Part shown: piece by piece, positions 59,155-64,000 of the stretch
Numbering within the stretch: the first letter of the stretch is position 1
Layout: each line of letters opens with the position of its first letter
IMG/VR virus record: IMGVR_UViG_2061766007_000699
Strand: one strand, 5' to 3'
DNA: 64,000 nt
Source: an uncultured virus (IMG/VR IMGVR_UViG_2061766007_000699)
Taxonomy: Duplodnaviria; Heunggongvirae; Uroviricota; Caudoviricetes
Translations under genes and position numbers: made by a program
The notes under the pieces: model-generated
Told to the model about the DNA's origin: nothing
The model's input: only the letters and a program-made list of their open reading frames with translations
Database searches by the model: none

Positions 59155-59889
59155 TTAACCTAGGCGGAAAAGGTTTGAGTTTCTAGCAAGAACAACATAG
59201 TCATTACCTGTATTTCTACCCTTATACCATCCACAGTTCATACCATAAATGCCATAACCTTTACCAACTACTTCAAGACGGCCACCTTCTTTCCTCTCAA
59301 GTTCGTTAATCTGTTCTCCGCTATATAAAGTGATGTCTTCAGCATAACCATCTTCTACCATGCTCTTTAGGAATCTCTGAGTAACCTTATGAGAACTTTC
59401 TCTCAACATACGGCCACGGGGTCTGCGGCCTTCACGAAGAGAACGGCCTCTGCGGAGACGAGATTCTGTCAGGTCAGCGAACTCATATTCGCTAGTGTCT
59501 TCTTCCACATCATTTTCATAATAGCTGATTTGAACACACCAACGATACTTGAAGTATTCGGAATCAAACGGAACTAGTGCGACTCTTTCCTTTGAACTAG
59601 AAGCAATTGTAACTTCTATATCATTTTTCTCGCCGTCTTCATCGTCTTCATAAAAATCGGCAAAATCGGTTTCGTGTATTTCTACACAGTCGCTATATTT
59701 CGGATTAGTGATATAGTTTTGCAATTCTTCCAAACCATAGCCACCTAGCATTTTTTCGGTAACGAAATTAATCATACCCTTTTCAGACTTGAATATGGCT
59801 AGGCAATCATCATAGTCAATATCGTCATATTCACTACCGTCCACAGATTCAACACAAACATCTACACGGACACCACTGATAATCTTCAT
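59155..59889 (-). CDS. Two-domain cargo protein with a tandem internal tag
   Basis: LTESRLRRGRSLREGRRPRGRMLRES between an acidic domain and a YGMN domain. Confidence 0.82.
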   Translation of the reverse strand: MKIISGVRVDVCVESVDGSEYDDIDYDDCLAIFKSEKGMINFVTEKMLGGYGLEELQNYITNPKYSDCVEIHETDFADFYEDDEDGEKNDIEVTIASSSKERVALVPFDSEYFKYRWCVQISYYENDVEEDTSEYEFADLTESRLRRGRSLREGRRPRGRMLRESSHKVTQRFLKSMVEDGYAEDITLYSGEQINELERKEGGRLEVVGKGYGIYGMNCGWYKGRNTGNDYVVLARNSNLFRLG

Positions 59890-59933
59890 ACTTCAATCCT
59901 TTTTTTTTCGCCACATGGCGAAACTTCTAGCTA

Positions 59934-59969
59934 TATTTAGTATAGACAGCTTTCAAACCCTCCTAAATA
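59934..59969. promoter_or_regulatory. Divergent CTAAATA late promoters
   Basis: 59934-59940 on the minus strand and 59963-59969 on the plus strand, each facing a gene. Confidence 0.72.
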
Positions 59970-60016
59970 CTAGCGGATAAAACATAGCAAATTACCTCAA
60001 ACAAAAGGGTCTTGCA

Positions 60017-61000
60017 ATGAATATATTTGAACAACTCATTCGTGAAAGAAAACAGCTAGTCCTGAAGGATGACGAAACGGGCGAGGAAACCCCGATAGAA
60101 AACGCTGACGAAATACTCAGCGGAAAGTATGCCAAGAGCCTTCAACAGGTCAGAGGATTCATCAAAGACCGTGTGAAAGAAGAGTTCATTGACGGTGTAA
60201 TGGAGATTTTGAACGATAAACTCCTCAATCCGAACAAGAATCAGACCAAATCGCTGACAGGTGAGCATGGCTTGTTCTCCTATTCCAAGAAAACCCATCT
60301 CAACAGGCCGTCAAAGGTAGTGTCCGGCACCTTTGATGTCATGTTTCAGCCCTACTTCAAGTATTTTGACGAATCTTTAATCCCCGCTCTGTTGGAAATC
60401 AAGGGCGGACAGAGACCCGCTTCAGGCGTTGGGGAAGTCCTCATGTGCGCCCTGTGCAACAATGTCAGGAAATCCGATGTTGGCGATATTGAGATTGATG
60501 GCAACAGATGTGAACTCAAGGGTCTTCGTGGAGGCGGCGCATACGCAAGAGAAGACCTGAATACCAAGTTGGAGCATTGGTGTGAAACCTACGGGGTCAA
60601 TTACGATTCCTTGGAACTATCGCCTTCTCAAATTGGCTCTCTCATTGCGGCTCTAGCTGACCTCAAGAGAGACAGCAAGAACTACGATACGGCCATAGAC
60701 GAATTGGCCATGATGTTCCTTGGCAAAAACAAGAAAGACATCAATCAATCGGTTTTCGGAATGGTCAAGGAAACACTACAAAAGGCCAATAGCTTCGGCC
60801 CTAGACCTTTCCTTCAGCGACTAGCGGCACTTCAGTTGATGAACTATTGCGCTGTGCGTGAATCAGACCTTTTCGTGGTGCTCCCCGAAGAGAAGAAATA
60901 TGTGTGGTTTCCGAAGGACAAACTCTTGGAAACGGAGAATGTCATCAAATTTGGCGGATGGGCTTCAAACGGATTCCTCATTTCCAAGGTCAATGCTTGA
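60017..61000 (+). CDS. Putative PD-(D/E)XK nuclease with a capsid-targeting-like N-terminus
   Basis: GVGE...GDIEIDGNRCELK; N-terminus MNIFEQLIRE. Confidence 0.65.
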   Translation: MNIFEQLIRERKQLVLKDDETGEETPIENADEILSGKYAKSLQQVRGFIKDRVKEEFIDGVMEILNDKLLNPNKNQTKSLTGEHGLFSYSKKTHLNRPSKVVSGTFDVMFQPYFKYFDESLIPALLEIKGGQRPASGVGEVLMCALCNNVRKSDVGDIEIDGNRCELKGLRGGGAYAREDLNTKLEHWCETYGVNYDSLELSPSQIGSLIAALADLKRDSKNYDTAIDELAMMFLGKNKKDINQSVFGMVKETLQKANSFGPRPFLQRLAALQLMNYCAVRESDLFVVLPEEKKYVWFPKDKLLETENVIKFGGWASNGFLISKVNA

Positions 61001-61018
61001 AATCGTTGACCAAATGGG

Positions 61019-61047
61019 TTGACACACTTAGAAAAATCTGTTATATT
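61019..61047 (+). promoter_or_regulatory. Sigma70-type early promoter TTGACA-N17-TATATT
   Basis: Perfect -35, 17-bp spacer, extended TG, followed by AAGGAG SD. Confidence 0.88.
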
Positions 61048-61064
61048 GTGCTTAAGGAGACGAT

Positions 61065-61541
61065 ATGGATACGCTAGATGATTTTAAAATGATTGATGCC
61101 TTCATGCAACTCATGTCGGAGGAACTAACCAATCAAGACACTGACCCTCCAAAAGTCGGCATTTTTTGGTGGTCTTCCGATTTGGGGTGTTTTGGTGTTG
61201 ACTATTCGTATGCGGATAATGTTCCGTTTGAATCGTCCAATCTGTTCTCTCAGAAAGTCAAACGGTCTAGAAAACTTCACCAACAGCAATGGAAGAAGTT
61301 GAAGGCCACAGGTAAGTGGCCGAGAGAATACTCATTGATTCGCTATGACATGATTCCACGAGGAAGGATTTTTCAGTTGGAAGATGGCACTTTCGTGGTG
61401 ATGCACGGTCATTGGCTTGACAAATATCCTGAAGCGAAGGAACAGATTATTGCCGAATTTGACCTTCCTGTTGACAAAACAATTTTCAAATACTACGAAC
61501 ATTGGGACATTGGCCATAATTGGAATGAAGTGATGGCTTGA
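61065..61541 (+). CDS. Hypothetical early protein
   Basis: VGIFWW...LH...W...PRGRIF. Confidence 0.78.
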   Translation: MDTLDDFKMIDAFMQLMSEELTNQDTDPPKVGIFWWSSDLGCFGVDYSYADNVPFESSNLFSQKVKRSRKLHQQQWKKLKATGKWPREYSLIRYDMIPRGRIFQLEDGTFVVMHGHWLDKYPEAKEQIIAEFDLPVDKTIFKYYEHWDIGHNWNEVMA

Positions 61542-61552
61542 ACGGAGAACGA

Positions 61553-62334
61553 ATGACCAAAGACGAAACTAGAAAACAACTCTTGGACACTTTCAACTTC
61601 ATATCCTTTGAAGAGGAAGGCCACAAGTATTTCTTTGACGGAGAGGAAGACGAGCAAATCATTTCGGTGACAGGGTTAGTTGAAACTCTACACACTCCGT
61701 TTGACAAAGACTATTGGTCTGAGTTCAAGGCCAAGAAACTAGGTATCAGCAAAGAAGACATCCTGAAGGAATGGGACGATAAGGCTCTATTGGCATGCGA
61801 CAGGGGCACAGCAGTTCACCGATTCATGGAATGTTTCTACACGGGTCAGAAATATGTCATCCCCGAAGAGGTCAATCGCCCTGAAATCGTTGAAGCAGTC
61901 AATCGCAACAAACCCGCTTGCAAGAAATTCATCTTGGATTACAACGATGTCTTTGAGCCCGTGGCCTCCGAACTCAAGGTAGGTGTCAGGGAATGGAAAC
62001 TGTGTGGCACCATTGACCAAATCTTTAGAGAGAAGTCCACGGGGAATTTGTGGATATACGATTGGAAGACGAATAAAGAATTCACCACGAAGAACAAATA
62101 CGGCTCCATGNNNNNNNNNNNNNNNNNNNNNNNNNNNNNNNNTCGTTTCAGTTGAACATCTACAAGAAAATCATTGAGAAGATGACAGACCTGAAGATTG
62201 CGGGGTGCGTTCTCGTATGGTTTGACGAAATGGGTGAATACCATCCGTTCCGTTGTTTGGATGTGGCCAACGATTGCGACATTCTTCTCAGGAGAAGGGT
62301 GCGTGAACTTGAAGAACTCGCAGATAACCGATAA
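61553..62334 (+). CDS. PD-(D/E)XK (RecB/Cas4-like) exonuclease spanning an N gap
   Basis: SVT, RGTAVH, GTIDQ and DWKTN; QLNIY after the gap. Joins two track ORFs. Confidence 0.85.
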
Positions 62335-63316
62335 CGATGCCCTGTGGCGCAACATCACCTTGGCCGCTCAACGGCTAGGCGATTGTGTCATGTCCAACGG
62401 CAAAATCAACATCCGTTGCAACATTTGCGGGGACAGCAAGAGCAACAGCAGAAAGAAGCGTGGCTATCTCGTATACGATAAGAAGCGAAATCTCATCTAC
62501 TACAAGTGTTTTAACGAAGGCGATTGTCCTTGTGCGGGTGAAGGAAACGCTTGGTCAGGAAAGAAGTGGCTCAAGCACACGGCACCTGACATTTACAGAA
62601 ATTTCCGCTCCGAGACCATTGTCTCTAGCAAGCAGAGCAAAGTCAATCTGACCGAAGCATCCAAGAGCGGCCCAAAGAAGGAAGAGAAGACAGAAGACCT
62701 CTTTCTCCCCATCAGCAAATGTTCGCCTGACTATTTCTCAGCCGTGAAGGAATTTTGTCTCAGGCGCATGATACCTAGGGAATACATCAGGACATTCAAG
62801 GTAGCTGAGACGGGGAAATACAAGGGACGGCTAATCATTCCGTTCAGCGACAATCACGGAAACACCTACTTTCAAGCTAGGACTCTGTTCAATCAGACCC
62901 CGAAGTATCTGAATTTCGTAGGCAACAGAGACCATGCGATTTTCGGAATTGCGAACATCAGCAAAGACAGCCCCGTTGTTGTTTTGGAGGGGCCAATAGA
63001 CTCCATGTTCATTGAGAACGCAGTCGCTACGCTAGGATGTTCTTATACGGAGACTGTTCAGAATACCCTCAATCAGTTTGACAGCTACTATCTGTTTGAC
63101 AACGATACAGCGGGGTATTCAGCGGCAAAGAGAATGTTGGAAGAGGGGAAGCCCGTTTTCCTTTGGAAGAGGTTTCTCCATGACAACAGACTGAAAGAGA
63201 GCGTCAAAGACATAAACGATTTGGCGATACTAACTAAGCACAAGGAAAAGTTCAAATTTGAGGAGCTGAGAAAATGGTTTTCTAGCTCACGATTTGACGA
63301 AATATGGTTACGATAG
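62303..63316 (+). CDS. gp61: DNA primase (gp61-like)
   Basis: RCNICGDS, YKCFN, LIIPF, EGPIDS and FDND; GTG 62303 with AGGAG SD. Confidence 0.93.
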   Translation: MNLKNSQITDNDALWRNITLAAQRLGDCVMSNGKINIRCNICGDSKSNSRKKRGYLVYDKKRNLIYYKCFNEGDCPCAGEGNAWSGKKWLKHTAPDIYRNFRSETIVSSKQSKVNLTEASKSGPKKEEKTEDLFLPISKCSPDYFSAVKEFCLRRMIPREYIRTFKVAETGKYKGRLIIPFSDNHGNTYFQARTLFNQTPKYLNFVGNRDHAIFGIANISKDSPVVVLEGPIDSMFIENAVATLGCSYTETVQNTLNQFDSYYLFDNDTAGYSAAKRMLEEGKPVFLWKRFLHDNRLKESVKDINDLAILTKHKEKFKFEELRKWFSSSRFDEIWLR

Positions 63317-63327
63317 GAGAAAGACAC

Positions 63328-63531
63328 ATGGAAGAACTCAAGAAAAGCATATACGAAATGTATCTCAACATTCTACACGCCATTGACGGTGCGAATGAAG
63401 TCATTGCAAACACGAAATTGAAGGGTATCAACAAGCAGAAGGATGTCGCAAATCTTCAGGGTCAGATAAAGGCTTATGAAGATGTGCGAGACATGATTCT
63501 GTATGACATCATGAAGAAGCCCCGTTCCTAG
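63328..63531 (+). CDS. Hypothetical protein
   Basis: AGGAG SD and ATG 63328. Confidence 0.65.
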   Translation: MEELKKSIYEMYLNILHAIDGANEVIANTKLKGINKQKDVANLQGQIKAYEDVRDMILYDIMKKPRS

Positions 63532-63535
63532 ACGA

Positions 63536-63988
63536 ATGACTCAATTCTACCAAGGCGATTACAAACCTGAGAATCCCAAGAAATATGTTGGGAACAAGCT
63601 ACCGCATTTCAGGTCTAGTTGGGAGAAACGGGTTTTCTTCTACATGGATAAATGCGAGAACATAATCGCTTGGGGGTCAGAGCCGTTCGCCATTGAATAT
63701 GTCAGCCCCATTGACGGAAAGAAGCACAGGTATTTTCCTGACATCTTCTGTAGGGTCAAGCGGACAGACGGCACCACGAAGGATTTTCTCTTGGAGATAA
63801 AGCCGAAGTATCAGAGCGAACCCGCAAAGGTGCCGAAGAAAAAGACGGCCAAGGCGGTAATCAAATTCGTGGAGAGCCAACAGATATACACGGTGAATCA
63901 GGCGAAATGGAATGCCGCCATGAAGTATTGCAAATCTAGGAACATTGAGTTCAAGGTGATAACGGAAGAACAGTTGGGATTACTTTAA
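63536..63988 (+). CDS. gp4: Head completion nuclease (T4 gp4-like, TnsA fold)
   Basis: P.NPKKYVG, RSSWE, HRYFPD, EIKP and NQAKW. Confidence 0.93.
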   Translation: MTQFYQGDYKPENPKKYVGNKLPHFRSSWEKRVFFYMDKCENIIAWGSEPFAIEYVSPIDGKKHRYFPDIFCRVKRTDGTTKDFLLEIKPKYQSEPAKVPKKKTAKAVIKFVESQQIYTVNQAKWNAAMKYCKSRNIEFKVITEEQLGLL

Positions 63989-64000
63989 CTAGAGGTAAGT

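Noticed and set aside
61553..62334. CRISPR-associated Cas4
   Set aside because: No cas1/cas2 or array; the context beside primase fits an ordinary phage exonuclease.
1..64000. Stop-codon reassignment suggested by abundant CTAG
   Set aside because: Core genes are full length in the standard code, and TAG, TGA and TAA all end genes at expected positions.
1..64000. tRNA or rRNA genes
   Set aside because: None recognised; intergenic spaces are short and explained by promoters and terminators. No covariance search was run.

Overview
This window is a 64-kb piece of a large T4-like (Tevenvirinae-like) myovirus from an anaerobic host, read in the standard genetic code, with five N gaps. The minus strand (1-31.8 kb) carries tail sheath, capsid, scaffold, prohead protease, portal, neck, a fibre-like gene, intein-containing nrdD plus nrdG, thyX, a RimK/TupA/methyltransferase cluster and uvsW. 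The plus strand (32.7-52.9 kb) carries tnpB followed by the replication and recombination block, which includes a ParB-like/TAGT-type DNA-modification pair and the gp55 late sigma factor. Three more fibre-like genes follow, one with a Fibrobacter-succinogenes-major (FISUMP) domain, then an exonuclease, primase and gp4. The most striking unexplained signal is a short Arg-rich tag, (E)S-R-x-R-G-R-M-L-[KR]-E. It recurs at N-termini and between domains of at least nine unrelated, mostly acidic proteins and ends in the same M-L-K-E as the inferred capsid maturation site. I infer a modular system that loads and cuts cargo proteins in the head. Other notable points are an intein starting with Thr, strong avoidance of GATC/GTAC/TCGA/ACGT/CCAG, CTAAATA late promoters and an intact TnpB. 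All calls come from reading motifs by eye; no database searches or counts were run.
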